Below, one piece after another: positions 29,511-43,113 of a DNA stretch of 64,000 bases. Position numbers and translations under genes: made by a program. Origin of the DNA: the human T2T-CHM13v2.0 reference genome, Homo sapiens; NCBI RefSeq assembly GCF_009914755.1, contig NC_060926.1, one strand, 5' to 3'. Position 1 is the first letter of the stretch; each line of letters starts with the position of its first letter. A model generated the notes under the pieces. That model saw only the letters and a program-made list of their open reading frames with translations. It ran no database searches and was not told the origin of the DNA.

Positions 29511-30952
29511 TATGATGAAAACCTGGAAAATTATCATCCGGGCATTTAAAAGCTTTGAGGTTGAGTCACTATTGGAACTAAGCACACCATTGAAAGAAAA
29601 AAAGATTTTAGAGTTCTCTTATTCTAAACAATTGAAAAGAGGTTAATAATAGTGTCATGGCTAACCTTGAGAATTCTCCTGGGTAGTTTTAAAATCCTTT
29701 GCAAGTTCACAAATGACTGTTCCAGACTCCTGGAAAGAAGAATGGAAACTGACCCATGCTATAGCTCAGTAGGTAAGGCTTTGCCCTTTTGTGGTGGTGG
29801 CATGGGTTCAAGTTCTGGCTTAGGGAATAGATCCTCTTTGTTTTGATACCTGTGTCACTTTTGCCACTTATTGATCTTTTCCCCTCCATGTACAGTTTTG
29901 TTTTCCTGCCTTCCATCTGTGTGGGCATATAGTGTTTTGGGACCTTTGTGTATAGATGGTTAGCTGGGAAGCTGAGGCCCTGCAGAATATGACTGGATAG
30001 AAATGTAAGTTGTACCCCATTTACAGCCAGTGAATCCTTCCTTTCTCTGAGCTGCCTTTAGGATCGATCTTGTAAAAACTGCTTGCTGCCTCTTTAGGGA
30101 CACCTTGTGTGTCATAAATCATGGCCTTAGTTGGGGCTTGTTGGTTACACTTGGGAGAATAACTATAGGAAAAAAAATGCTTAAAAGCCAGAGGTTTTGG
30201 CGGTTTGTCCTGGCTACAGTCTGTTAATAAGAGATTTGAAAGGATTGTCTTAAAGTTATAAGCCAGCTTAATTAAAAGTGGATATTCAAATATATATATA
30301 TATTTTAAGGCTTCTCTGATTTTTCTCTCTTGGTATCTTTTTTTAAGTTTTTTTTTCCTCAGTCAACTGAATTCTGTTTCTCTATTTACTTCTGCCTGTC
30401 ACTTCCTTTTGCCAAACTCAATGTCCATATGAGGGGACCTAAAGTAATTTCTAACAGCTGGGATCCTTTGGGGAAAACAGAGAAGGAACCTCAGACTTTG
30501 TTTTGGGAGAAACCTGTTTTCCTCTTGGATCCCCAAGAATTGTAAATAGACAGATCCGTCTCAAATTCTAAGGCTCTACTCTGTTTTGCATTGTGTTAAC
30601 TGACCTTTTTGACTTTTGAGGGCATCACAAATTATTTTGCATTATGACAGAACATTTAGCCTCAGTGTGTAATAGCTAGGTAGGAGGTATATTTTTAAGG
30701 ATAGCTAATGGCTGTTGCTTACAGTGAGTGGTTATTACTACAGGGTGATACTCCTTTCTTTGCATGTTTCAATAATAAAAGCATGCTCTTGGGCACCTAG
30801 AAGGCATAGAATGGGGGATGGGCTGATTGTAGAATAGGCTGATGGGTGATAGGATGCCCAGCAGCCATGGGAAAATGCTCGTACAATGACATACATTGTG
30901 GAAACATTGCACTATCTCATCCCCCAGCATTTCTCTCTTTTGGGGGAGCCAG

Positions 30953-31283
30953 TGTATTAGTATGTTCCCATATTGCTATAAAGATGTACCTGAGACTTGG
31001 TAATTATAAAGAAAATAGGTTTAATTGGCACACAGTTCTGTAGGTTGTATAGAAAGCATGATGCTGGCATCTGCTTGGCTTCTGGGGATGCCTCAGGAAA
31101 CTTACAATCATGGCAGAATGTGAAAAGTGAGCAGGCACATCACATGTGAAAGCAGGTGCAAGCGGGAGAGCTGGGAGGTGCCACACACTCTTCAACAGCC
31201 AGATCTCGTGAGAACTCACTCACTATCATGGGGACAGTACCAAGGGGGATGGGGATAAAGCATTCAAGAGAAATCTGCCCCCA
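30953..31283 (-). mobile_element. MSTA/MSTB LTR, truncated, inside the provirus
   Basis: tgtattagtatgttcccatattgctataaagat... ends abruptly after aaatctgccccc. Confidence 0.85.
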
Positions 31284-34200
31284 GATATTTTATTTAATTC
31301 CTTTTAATTCATATAACTTTAGTAATCTTTGATAAACAAAGATAGTTCTTAAGATTATTTGTAAAATAAAAAAAATCTTTAGAATTTAGATACTTGGTCT
31401 ATGACATTTTTGTATAATTTTTTGACTTGTCTGTTTTACAGCCGTTTAAATTCTAGTAAGGCCTGGGACATGTAGAGTTAGCCAAGTCCCCTGCCTATGC
31501 TGGGAAAAGTCAGATGCTGTCTGTGGTCTGTCCTTTCCCTGGGCTCTGCAACCTGATACATGGTTAAAATTTCTTACTTACCAGGGTTTTCACTAAAAGT
31601 AAAAGTTTCAAAGAGTTAACATTGTCAAATATGAAATTGAGACTACAAGAGGAACAGTTTTATATAAAAGATGTATAAAGTAAGTAGAGTGTGTTTTGGT
31701 AAAAGGTTATAGAAGAAGGCATTGCAGTATGGTTTTTATTAAAGGGAAAGTAATTTTGTCTAGCTTAGAGGTTTTTAAGGATTGTCCTAAGTTTAAAAAA
31801 TGAGAAGACAAAATTGAAGATTTAAGCAAGTTGTAAAACATTCGTAAAAGATTGATCTTGTAGAGGAATTTCTGTGTGTGAGCAAGCTGTCCAAAATTTG
31901 AGGGAGATTATTTAGTTTTTCTCTGAACTGAACATTAATATGTAAAGCACATTGATGCAGGCCCAGAATCTGGGCCGCTGTGTCTGAAAAATAGAGTTTT
32001 GTGGAGCATTAATCTTCCCTTTAATAAAAAATTGTAAATGGTAATAAAGGGTTTGTAGAAATCTTACCTTACAGTTAAACTAATTAAAATTAGATAAATT
32101 TATTTATAAAATTGTATTAAAAATTAGCTTTAACATTAATAATGCACTAATGTAAAGGTGGAATTTGGTTTTCTCTTTTGAACAGAATTTCCATGTGATA
32201 CTTAAAAATAATTTTTTTTTTTTTTTTTTTGCCTTTTGAGTAAACTGCAGGTAAAAAGGAAAAACGAATGGAGAGGAAAAGGACAGTCAGTTGGTCTCAT
32301 GCGTTGGATCTTGTTTGAAAAGCTGAGTCCCATCTATATCAGAGTAAAGGTTTTTGACTTCTTGAAATTTTTTGAGTTATCACTTTGACTAAATGAATGA
32401 CCGGTGATCCAACTTTGTGGTATCAAGTGCTTTAAACATTTGATATTTAACAAACCTTCCAAGATCAAAATTTCAAATTCTAAATTCAATCCTTTTTACC
32501 TTATTAACTTTTTAAGATATTAGGTCCCCTGAAGTCCAAAAGAGACATTTGGTTAATTTGTTGTGTTAAATCATACAGGAGGAATTTTCAAGTATGAAAT
32601 GGTGTTTGGTTTTCTTTAGATCATATTCGTATGAATGTGTAATTAGTATGTGTAACAGAATTGCATGAGATTCTTGTATTCTGATATGTCTCAGCATACG
32701 TTATCAGTAATAATTATAATTATGTTAAAATTTGTTATGCCACAAAATAAGCACATTTTCACCAATTGTATCATTAACCCTGAATGTTCTAAAACTTTTG
32801 TCATCCATAAATTCTTTAGATTGATCCTTTTGAAAAGATGATTTTATAATCAGCTATAAGACTCTGACAGGCACTCTTGAATGCAAGTTTCTGATAACTT
32901 TAGAAATTGTGTCTTTGAAATAGGAAAACTTCCCAGACTGTCATGGAAAGCAGATGTATTCATGAGATTTGAGCAAAACAGGAGTTATTGGCATGGACTG
33001 AACTAATAGAAGAGTGAAATAATCTTTTTATGACTTATTGCTTGAAACATTGCTTGTCTTCCAGAGTCAAGAAAACTTATTTTCTTTTGAGCTGTTTACA
33101 ACTTTTTAACAACTGAGTAAAGTATACTCCCTTGAGCAAAATTTGGCGTATATATCTTTCTCTCTACCTGATTTCTCCAGAATTTGGAAACTATTTATGA
33201 GTATTTTTAACTTATGACAATATATTTATTTGCAATAATTCAATGAGAATCTGTTTTCTTTTCTAACAGGAAACAATTGGAGACGCTGATTATTTTACCA
33301 AGGCTTTGACGGGTATGACATGTTTTCAGACTGCTTTGAAGAATTGTTGAACGACAGAGCCAACAAAAGTTCCTTGGGAAAATTGGTCTCATACCTTGTC
33401 CTTTACAAGTTTCCTAACCTGTAGTAAGTAAAGAATGTCAGTTTCCGACAGGCCCAGGAACCCCAAGTTATTTTGGAAACATCGAGCTGGAAGGAATTCA
33501 CTCAATTCATACAAGCATCTGCAGGCACAAATAAATCCTGGGCTGGGCTCAAGAGGCTTTTAAAAGGTCTAATCTGAGATTCCTTATTAAAAAGTCCCAG
33601 AAAAGCCAATTTAAAAAAAAAGGATATATGGTAATTAATTATTCTCACCTCATTTTGTGTGTGTAATTAGGCCAAGTATAATAAGACTAAAACTTATTTT
33701 GCAAATAAATTAGTCTTACTATGATGTGTCTTTGATAGAAATAAAAAAGTGAAGAGATAAACATTATTTCAGAAAAATTATAGTATACCTGTTATTAGAT
33801 TCCATTCTTGTCCATTATTTTTGAGTCTCCGCTAACAACCCAATATCTGACTGGTTTTCACGGTCATTCACCTGGATCCCTCAAAGCCTCAGGGGAGTTT
33901 TACAGAGACTCCTGAAGCTAAGAATTTTACCCCTTATGTTAGGGCTCATTATTTATCTTATAGTCCACTGTTCTCTCAAGTGCTGTACTAAAGCTGTAGA
34001 TAAGAATATTAGTGTTTTTGTTATGCAGAACTTGAGACCCCCAACTAGGCACCTGTGAATACATACAGACAACTGCAAAATGGTTTCACTCCGCTTGCCC
34101 TCGGGGAAACCCCTATCCCAACTATGCCCACTGTCAACAGGAAGAAGTTAGAGGAGTCCTCAGTCTTTTTCCATCTCCATAGCTCACGCCTAAGGATTGA

Positions 34201-34601
34201 GGTATGGTGAAGCCCAGGGAAGGAATTGAAACCACCTTTGCAGAGATCATGAGGGTGAGAGAAATCTAACATGGCTGACTGCATCTTTCTTCTACCCTCA
34301 CAAACTGGCTGTCTTTACTCATTTCTGTGCATAGGCCAAACTAACCACAGGAAGAATTTAGTTAGTTTAACTTGGAAACAAGCACGATAATAGTCCTTCC
34401 CTAAAACTAACCCTCTGTTTGCTCAGGGACTGAAAACTAATGAAAGGCCATGAGATAAGAATTATGGGAGGGGCCTGAACTCTGCTGAGATGTAGGTGTA
34501 GCTTGTATAATCCTATACTGCTCAGGAGTCATGTGGGCAGAGGTCAGAAGATGTGTAACTTCCCTAATTGATCCTATAGATGGCCTCACCATTGTAGAAC
34601 T

Positions 34602-35017
34602 TGTGTTAGTTCATTTGCTGTGCTATAAAGAAATACCTGAGGCTGGGTAATTGATAAAGAATAGAGGTTTGTTTGGCTCATGGTTGTGCAGACATATAAG
34701 CATATAGGCATGACACCAACATCTGCTTGACTTCTGGTGCAGTCTTAGGAAGATTTTACTTATGGCAGAGGGTGAAGGGGGAACAAGCATGTCACATGGT
34801 GAGAGCGGGAGCCAGAGAGCTCCCAGGCTCTTTAAGCAACCAGTTCTCATGGGAAATGATATAATGAGACCTCACTCATTACTGTGAAAAGGGTCCCAAG
34901 CCATTCGTGAGCAGTCTGTCCCCATGACCAAAACATCTCCCACCAGGCCCCACCTCCAACACTGGGGACCACATTTCAACATGAGATCTGGAGGGTAAAA
35001 ACATCCCAACTCTATCA
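34602..35017 (-). mobile_element. MSTB-type solo LTR inside the 3' LTR8A
   Basis: tgtgttagttcatttgctgtgctataaagaaatacctgaggc ... catcccaactctatca. LTR8A resumes at gagattggtcttttgagat. Confidence 0.88.
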
Positions 35018-36107
35018 GTGAGATTGGTCTTTTGAGATGTTTTCCAGACTTTTGCATTCTGGCAACTGACTGGCCCCTACCTGGACTCACAATTCATGAT
35101 TCAACCAGTCCTATGGCCCCCAGTAGAGAGGTGGGCTCAGCACAAGAGGATTGTTTTCCACATCCTTATACTTGCATCTCCAACCAATCAGCAACACCCA
35201 TTCCCTAGTCCCCTGCCCACCAAATATCCTTGAAAAACCTAACCTCCAAGGCTTCAGAGAGACTGATTTGAGTGATAACTTCAGTTATCCCATGTGGTCA
35301 GTCTTGCATTAATTAAACTCTTTTTTTTACTGCAAAATAACTCAGTGAGTTGGTCTTGTCTGTGCAAAGGGCAGGAAGAACCCATCAGGCGATTAATGAC
35401 ATTATATGAACCTCTGCCTGTGACTATAGCCAGCCTACCCTGCATTTCTGGCAATATGAGCCTATTTTATAAACCACTTGCTTCTTTAGCCATTTTGAAT
35501 TGGGTTTCTGTCACTTGAAACAGGAAAGTTCTGAAAAATACAGAGCATAATCAAATTTTGTGAGTACTAAATGAAAAACTATGTAGAGAGCTAAAAGGAC
35601 TGTCTGTTACATAAAAGATATTCACTAAATATCAGTTCCCCTCTGTCCCCCTGCTCCCAATCTCTGTAACACCACACACAATCCCTGTGCAAGCACAAAC
35701 AATAATATATGAGTGAGAAGATACAGAGTTTTAAATTTACATTTATCCTCCATATGAGAAAGAAACAAGTGAGAAAAATAACCTCTTAATAACTACAGGA
35801 TCAGCCACATGTTTTCTTAATAAAGGAAACCACTACTTTTTTACTTACTTTAGACACAAGATATAGCAGCTTTTCTCCAGAAATATAAAAAGCAATTGCT
35901 GATTTATTGATAAGTAAGGCTCATAATGCTAAAATATGAGAAACTTTAATCTTAAGCTCATGCAATGTTACCGTAATTGCTAGTTGGACTGTGATATTTA
36001 CTTTCCTAAAAGTTTGTAGGGACAATAATTATTTGAAAGCTTAGGCTAACTAGTAAATATTGGGAAAGATGAGTTTTCCTTAATTTTATATATTGAGATA
36101 AAAACAT

Positions 36108-36108
<1 letters not shown>

Positions 36109-36138
<30 letters not shown>
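36109..36138 (+). repeat. (TG)n microsatellite
   Basis: Seen directly. Confidence 0.95.
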
Positions 36139-36141
<3 letters not shown>

Positions 36142-36228
36142 ACACAGTGTAGTTTAGTGTTTCTACTGGGAAATAGAATGAGAATACATATAATAAAGAG
36201 AGCCCAGTGATCTGGTCTTAGGGTAAGA

Positions 36229-36629
36229 TGCTTAAATATTACCCAAATTGTAGGGCTAATCATCCTGTCTTTTAAAATTACAATAATTACTTTGTTTTTA
36301 TATTTCACGATCATGAAACACAAGCAATGATTCATATTGGAGGCTTTGGAGTTAGATAAACTAGGAATAAAATCCAGGTCTAAAATCTAAATCCAGGAGT
36401 TAGATAAACTAGGAATAAAATCCAGGAATAAACTCCAGGCTTTGGAGTCAGATAAACTAGGAATAAAATCCAGGTCTGCTTAAATATTACCCAAATTGTA
36501 AGGCTAATCATCCTGTCTTTTAAAATTACAATAATTACTTTGTTTTTACATTTCACGATCATGAAACACAAGCAATGATTCACATTGGAGGCTTTGGAGT
36601 TAGATAAACTAGGAATAAAATCCTGGTCT
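36229..36629 (+). repeat. 153-bp tandem duplication with templated filler
   Basis: 36229-36381 matches 36477-36629 with 4 substitutions. The intervening 95 bp is built from local pieces. Confidence 0.92.
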
Positions 36630-36770
36630 GAAAATTGTAAATAGCATGGGTATTTGCAATTACCTTAATTACTCTGATACTCTGTAATTTCTTTAAAACA
36701 AGTTGCTGTGAGAATTAAAGTATGATGGGTACCTGGAACAAAGTAGGTGCTCACAAAATGGTGAGCTACA
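36585..36770 (+). mobile_element. MIR
   Basis: ggctttggagttagataaactagg...gttgctgtgagaattaaa...cctggaacaaagtaggtgctca. Confidence 0.65.
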
Positions 36771-37273
36771 GAGATAGTTGAATCATGGCTATGTTGGGAT
36801 TTTACAGCATAATCTCTGAGGAGATGGTTGCCAGATCCATAAACTGGCAGTTTTTCTTCAGTTCTCTTCAATTCCCCTGAAGTTAGAACATGCTATAATC
36901 TAGTTTCTTCCAGCTACACTTCAAATGATTGTTGGTCCATAAACTGAGGCAAGAGATTTTATAACACCCTAGCTAATTTTAAAACACCTCTCCCAATTGC
37001 AATTGCTTTCTGGTATTTTAACATGGTCTTTTTAATTTATTTCAATTGCTATGAAGTTGACATTTTAGCTTCTGGTATAATCATCTCTTTTGTTTCTTTG
37101 ATCCACTCCTATTCCTTATGCACGTTTAGTCTGATGCATATAGGTCTAGACTCTCTACTAGAACACAAATCAATGGTAAGAAAAGTGGCTATATCAGGGT
37201 AAGTGACACAGTAACACTCAGGATAGTGCAGCAGGCCATTTATTGGTAAAGGGCATAGAGCACAATTTGTAAC

Positions 37274-37428
37274 TTGGGGCTGGAGCTGCTAGTGACATTG
37301 CTAGGCTGGGAAATTTAAGGAGACATTTGCTCTGAGGGTCCCAAAAGTGCAATGTCAGCCCTGGGAGCAAATGCCTCCTAAATTTTGAGCCCTAGGGCCT
37401 CACTCCCTTTACCCTAGTCCTGGCTCTG
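37274..37428. mobile_element. MER96 hAT MITE (palindromic)
   Basis: aaatttaaggagacatttgctc pairs with gagcaaatgcctcctaaattt. Ends accctagtcctggctctg. Confidence 0.75.
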
Positions 37429-37835
37429 AATTGCAACACTAAGTCACATTGGCTATAAATACAGAATAGCATTCAAAGCTTGGAAAAATGAACATTTTAA
37501 GTAACTTACAGTGGATTGTATTAGAAGTCAGCAAAAAATTTTAAACACATGAGGAATATATATATAGCATTCTCTTTTTAGATTATACATTAAAAGGTAC
37601 TAGGAAAATTTAAAATTTTTATGCCCAGTTTTAAAAATATATGAATAGTAATGTTAGAACCACTAGCATACCTCAACAAATATTGAGCAAACTAAGTGCA
37701 TCCACATCTTTATTTCATCATTAGTTTGGTGACTTGAAATAAATTTTATGTTAAACACTATGAGCAAATCGAAAGGTTCATCCAGGAAAATTAAGTACTT
37801 GTATTTTTTTAAAGTTTTAATAGGATGTATATTTC

Positions 37836-40142
37836 TGTATTAGTCCATTTTCATACTGCTATGAAGAAATACCTGAGACTGGGTAATTTATAAAGAAAAA
37901 GAGGTTTAATGGACTCACAGTTCCACATGGCTGGGGAGGCCTCAGAATTATGGCAGAAGGCAAAAGAGGAGGAAAGGCACATCTTACATGTCAGCAAGCC
38001 AGAGAGTGTGTGCAGGGAAACTGCCTTTTATAAAACCATCAGATCTCAGGAGACTTATTCACTATCACAAGAACAGCATGGGAAAAACCAGCCCCCATGA
38101 TTCAATTACCTCCCACCAGGTCCCACCCATGACAAGAGTATTAAGGAGCTACAATTCAAAATGAGGTTTGGGTGGGGACACAGCCAAACCATATCATTCT
38201 GCTCCAGGTCCCTCCCAAATCTCATATCCTCACATTTCAAGACCAATCATGCCTTTCCAACAGTCCCCCAAAGTCTTAACTCATTTCAGCATTAACTTGA
38301 AAGTCCACAATCCAAAGTCTCATCTGAAACAAGGCAAGTCCCTTCTGCCTATGAGCCTGTAAAATCAAAAGTGAGTTAATTATTTCCTAGATACAGTGGG
38401 GTACAGGCATTTGGTAAATACACCTATTCCAAATGAGAGAAACTGGCCAAAACAAAGGGGCTAAAGGCCCATGCAAGTCCAAAATCCAGCAGAGCAGTAA
38501 AAATGGTAAAGTTCCAAAATGATCTCCTTTGACTACATGTCTCACATCCAGGTCATGCCGATAAAAGAGGTGGGCTCCTTTGGTCTTGGGCAGCTCTGCC
38601 ACTGTGGCTTTGAAGGATACAGCCCCCATTCTGGCTGCTTTCATGGGCTGGCATTGAGTGTCTGTGGCTTTTCCAAGTGCACAGTGCAAGCTGTCTGTGA
38701 ACCCATCATTCTGGGGTCTGAAAGACAGTGACTCTCTTCTCACAGCTCCACTGGGCAGTGCCCCAGTGGGGACTCTGTGTGGAGACTCCAACTCCACATT
38801 TCCCTTCTAGACTGCCCTAGCAGAGGTTCTCCATGAGGGCTCTGCCCCTGCAGTAAACTTCTGCCTGGACATCCAGGTGTTTCTATACATCCTCTGCAAT
38901 CTAGGAAGAGGTTCCCAAACCACAATTCTTGACTTCTGTGCACCCACAGGCCCAACACCACATGTAAGCTGCCAAGGCTTGGGGTCTGCACCCTCTGAAG
39001 CAATGGCCTGAGCCCTACTTTGGTTCCTTTTAGCCACAGCTGGGATGCAGGGCACCAAGTCCTGAGACAGCACACAGCAGCAAGGCCCTGGGCATGGCCC
39101 ACAAAACCATTTTTTCCTCCTAGGCCTCCCAGCTTGTCATGGGAGGGGCTGCCATGAAGGTCTCTGACATGCCCTGGAAACATTTTCCCCATTGTCTTGG
39201 CAATTAACACTTGGCTTCTTGTTACTTACGCAAATTTCTGCAGCCAGCTTAAACTTCTCCTCAGAAATGGGTTTTTCTTTTCTACCACATAGTCGGGCTG
39301 CAAATTTTCCAAACTTTTATGCTCTGCTTCCCTTTTAAATATAAGTTCCAATTCCAAGTCTTATCTTTGTGAATGAAAAAAACTGAATGCTTTTAAGAAC
39401 TCCCATGTCACCTCTTGAATGCTTTGCTGCTAAGAAATTTCCTCTATCAGATGCCCTAAGTCATCTCTCTCAAGTTCAAAGTCCCACAGATCTCTAGGGC
39501 AGTGACAAAATGCCACCAGTCTCTTTGTTAAAGCATAGCAAGAATCATCTTTGCTCCAGTTCCCAATAAGTTCCTCATCTCATCTAAGACTACCTCAGCC
39601 TGGACTTTTTTATCGAAACCATTCAACAAGTCTTTAGGAAGCTCCAAACTTTCCCACATCTTTCTGTCTTATTCTGAGCCCTCCAAACTGTTCCAACCTC
39701 TTCCTGTTACCCAGTTCCAAAGTCTCTTCCACATTTTCGGGTATCTTAATAGTAGTACCTTACTGTACTGGTACAAATTTACTGTATTAGTCTATTTTCA
39801 TACTACTATGAAGAAATATCTGAGATGGGGTAATTTATTTAAAAAAAGAGGTTTAATGGACTCAGTTCCACATTGCTGGGGAGGCCTCACAATCATAGCA
39901 GAAGGAAAGGAGGGGCAAGGGCACATCTTACCTGACAGCAGGCAAGAGAGCATGTTCAGGGGAACTGCCCTTTATAAAAGCATCAGATCTTGGGAAACTT
40001 ATTCACTATCATGAGAATAGCACAAGAAAAACCCGCCCCCATAATTCAATTACCTCCCACAAGGCCCCTCCCGTGGCATGTGGGGATTATGGAAGCTGCA
40101 ATTCAAGATGAGATTTGGGTGGGGACATAAAAAACCATATCA
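37836..40142 (-). mobile_element. Complete THE1C MaLR provirus (LTRs 37836-38196 and 39783-40142)
   Basis: Two direct LTRs tgtattagtc..catactgctatgaagaaatac ... aaaccatatca around a ~1.6 kb THE1 internal region. TSD atttc / atctc. Confidence 0.93.
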
Positions 40143-40386
40143 ATCTCTGATCAGTATAGCTAAAATGAAGAAAACAAGCACAAAAAAAATCCTGTATTGT
40201 GTTAATTTTCAGAAGCCTGCTCCCTCAAAAAACACATTAACATTTCTTTTACAGTGTTGTTACATGTGACTTATTTTGCTTATATATAAAGTAACCAGAG
40301 AGTTTTTATTCTTCTTAATAAGTATTTAAAATACATCTCTAGGTATTAAGTTTAAGTGTTAATTTATGACACCCTTAAAATTTTTT

Positions 40387-40825
40387 TGTATGGCAGACTC
40401 ACCTGACAGCAATAATTTAAAGACCCCATCATCTAAGAAGAATGCGTGTTCAGAGATCCAAGCTAAGGAACCTGGAAGCAGTCAGCCTGGAGATTTATTC
40501 CTTATTGATGAGGAACATCTGAAACCCTGGCCCATCCTGTGGAACTCAGGGCTTACAGTGGATCAAGTCCTTTTGTTTTGGATTAAGTGAAGGTTGCCAG
40601 GTGGAGGGTGCTAGGGGGAGGGTGCTGAGAGAAAATGCTATATAAACTGTGTGTTTTTTACAAATGGTAGTGGTTCTGCTATCCAGCCCATTACCACTGG
40701 ACTACACTGTATGGTAAGTCTCCTCAACAAACTCTATGTCTTGCTTACTGGTTCTATGTCTCTTCTCCTGCCTCTTGAACATGGTGTCATTCCTACTGAA
40801 TAGTCAATAGGGGTCCAGCACAACG
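40387..40825 (+). mobile_element. LTR47A-like ERVL solo LTR
   Basis: tatggcagactcacctgacagcaataa ... gaaaatgctatataaactg ... gtcaataggggtccagcacaac. Confidence 0.75.
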
Positions 40826-42111
40826 TCTATGAACTTCTAAAAAACAATTTCTAAATATATATGGATGCTTATGTTTTAGTAGCAAATTGTCATATAATTA
40901 ATCAGCACCATGTAAATACATATGTATTTGCTTTGGTTCTAGAAATAACTTTGGTTCAGTATACTAAGAAAATCATGGGTATTGGAGGAGTGGTCTTCAA
41001 AGAGTCAAAAGCATAAATAGTTTCCTAACTTTTTTTAGTTGTCATGTAAAGTGTTAATTTTTTCCTGAGATATTCAAACCATAAAACCTAGCATTTTCTC
41101 TCCAATATGAATTGATTTTTTACAAATTGATACATTTCAGAAATTCAAATTTGTGAGTGCATTTGAAAAGAAAGAAATACAAGACAGTATTTTAAGGCAG
41201 TTCAGATAGCTTTCTAGCCTAGCAGAAAGAATAAAAACGCTGGTCTGAAACAAATTTAAAAATCAAGGAGTTGATTAGCTAGCCTTTAAGTTTGTAAACC
41301 TAGGGGTAATTGGATGGTCAACTCTCTTCCCTTAAGATTAAAGCTCTGCTATTTTTTTAGGGGTCAAAAAAATTTATACTGATTTAAATTTTAGAGAACG
41401 TATGCCCAAGTCCTCATCCTTGGTACATTCAAGAAGCTTCTTTCTCTATGCTCAATTTGCATTCTCTGTATAAGACTCCTTGAGGCTAATCTGTGTTGTC
41501 AGGTTTTAAGGAATCCAGTGGTTGTGCATTTTCAGCAGCTCACACTTAATTCTGCATACTGGCAGCTGTCATTTATGTGTGGGTGAGTATGAGGTGGAGG
41601 TCAGGCAATATAGGCTTTGCAAAAGGAGGACTTATCTATTGCTTTCAGTTGCTTTGAGCTTTTTCTCTGCTCTTTCCCTTTCTTTTCTTACTGTGTGTTT
41701 GTTCCCTTTTCTTTGGAAGAAAGTTTATATGCTGCTGGGATAATGCTGAATGATCTATAGCTGGAAGGAACAGGCAGGTTTTTGATGAAGTCTCCAGTTG
41801 TAGTTAGACCTTTTTCACCTGTCACTTGGAACCAAATTTATATACTTCCTAACTACTAGAGAAGACAGAAAGATGGTCCTGCAGTCAGGTAGAGTGATGT
41901 ACTTTAAATAATATCAATGCCCTCCTTCTTGCTGATTATTAGAAAGAACCAAAAGCAGAGACATTCGTTAGAAAAACCAAAGCCCTCTGCTTAGACTAAA
42001 ACAGGTTAAATGTTCTTTTGAGGGAAACCTTTTAGTTTGCTCTTTAAAGATGGCTTACCTTCTAGAAAATGTAGTAGGTTCCAATCCTTTCTTTTTGAGG
42101 AATGCCCCTAA

Positions 42112-42503
<392 letters not shown>

Positions 42504-43113
42504 GGGTCAGAAATTTTATACCCCAGTTTTAACACTGTAATTAACTCTTTGAAAGGCACTAGAAAAGTTTGTTTTTTTGTTTTGTTTTGTTTTGTCTTCT
42601 GGGTGTCAGTTGCCTCATCCCTAGATATTGAACTTTAAATTAAATCTCTGTTTCAGCTCAAACATTCTGTGAATTCTTGTTATTCTAGGTTTAACATTAC
42701 AGGTATAATACAGAACTGTACATCACAGTCATGACTGGAGGAACCTTCAATCCTACTGCAGAGATAAAGCTGTCCCTGTGAAATAACAGCATGCACTACA
42801 GAACAGACTACATTTTAGTAATGAATAGAGTGGAACAGATCACAAGTGTCAAAACATTTCAGAATAGCAAGAGAGAGTAAGGCAGACTCAAATGATAAAG
42901 TTCCTTAGAAAGGGTTAGACTTGGGTTGGGCCTTTGAGGTAGGCATCGTGTAGATGGATAAAATAGCAAATGTAACAGGTAACAGTAATTCAGTTAATGG
43001 ATACCACACAACAGGGCCCAGATATGAGAGGGAGCATGGTAAAGCCAAGTAAGGAGATAGCTCAATATGTCTTTTGGTTCAAAGGGTAAAATGTTGTTTA
43101 TTTTTCACTTGTA

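Larger units (their letters stand above)
27051..35395 (+). mobile_element. ERV1 provirus with LTR8A LTRs (HUERS-P1/MER4-group), non-coding internal region
   Basis: 5' LTR 27051-27835 and 3' LTR 34227-35395. PBS gggggctcatccaggat at 27840-27857 (tRNA-Pro). Purine tract before 34227. Probable 4-bp TSD ATGA at 27047 and 35396. Confidence 0.88.
26660..35542 (+). mobile_element. Old ERVL-type LTR (LTR33-like) split by the LTR8A provirus; pieces 26660-27046 and 35400-35542
   Basis: The 3' piece ends ttgaattgggtttctgtcacttgaaac..aaataca. The 5' piece has LTR33-like motifs. Confidence 0.5.

Noticed and set aside
36348-36474. CRISPR-like array: 31-bp repeats with 17-nt spacers at constant period
   Set aside because: Primate DNA with no cas genes. 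The repeat is MIR-derived and the spacers are rearranged pieces of the repeat itself.
36006-36583. Two ORFs with the same N-terminus (MNHCLCFMIVK)
   Set aside because: Caused by the 153-bp tandem duplication; no coding evidence.
38387-39210. ORFs of 136, 156 and 88 aa similar to ORFs at 46953-47804
   Set aside because: The similarity reflects shared THE1 internal sequence, not a duplicated gene.
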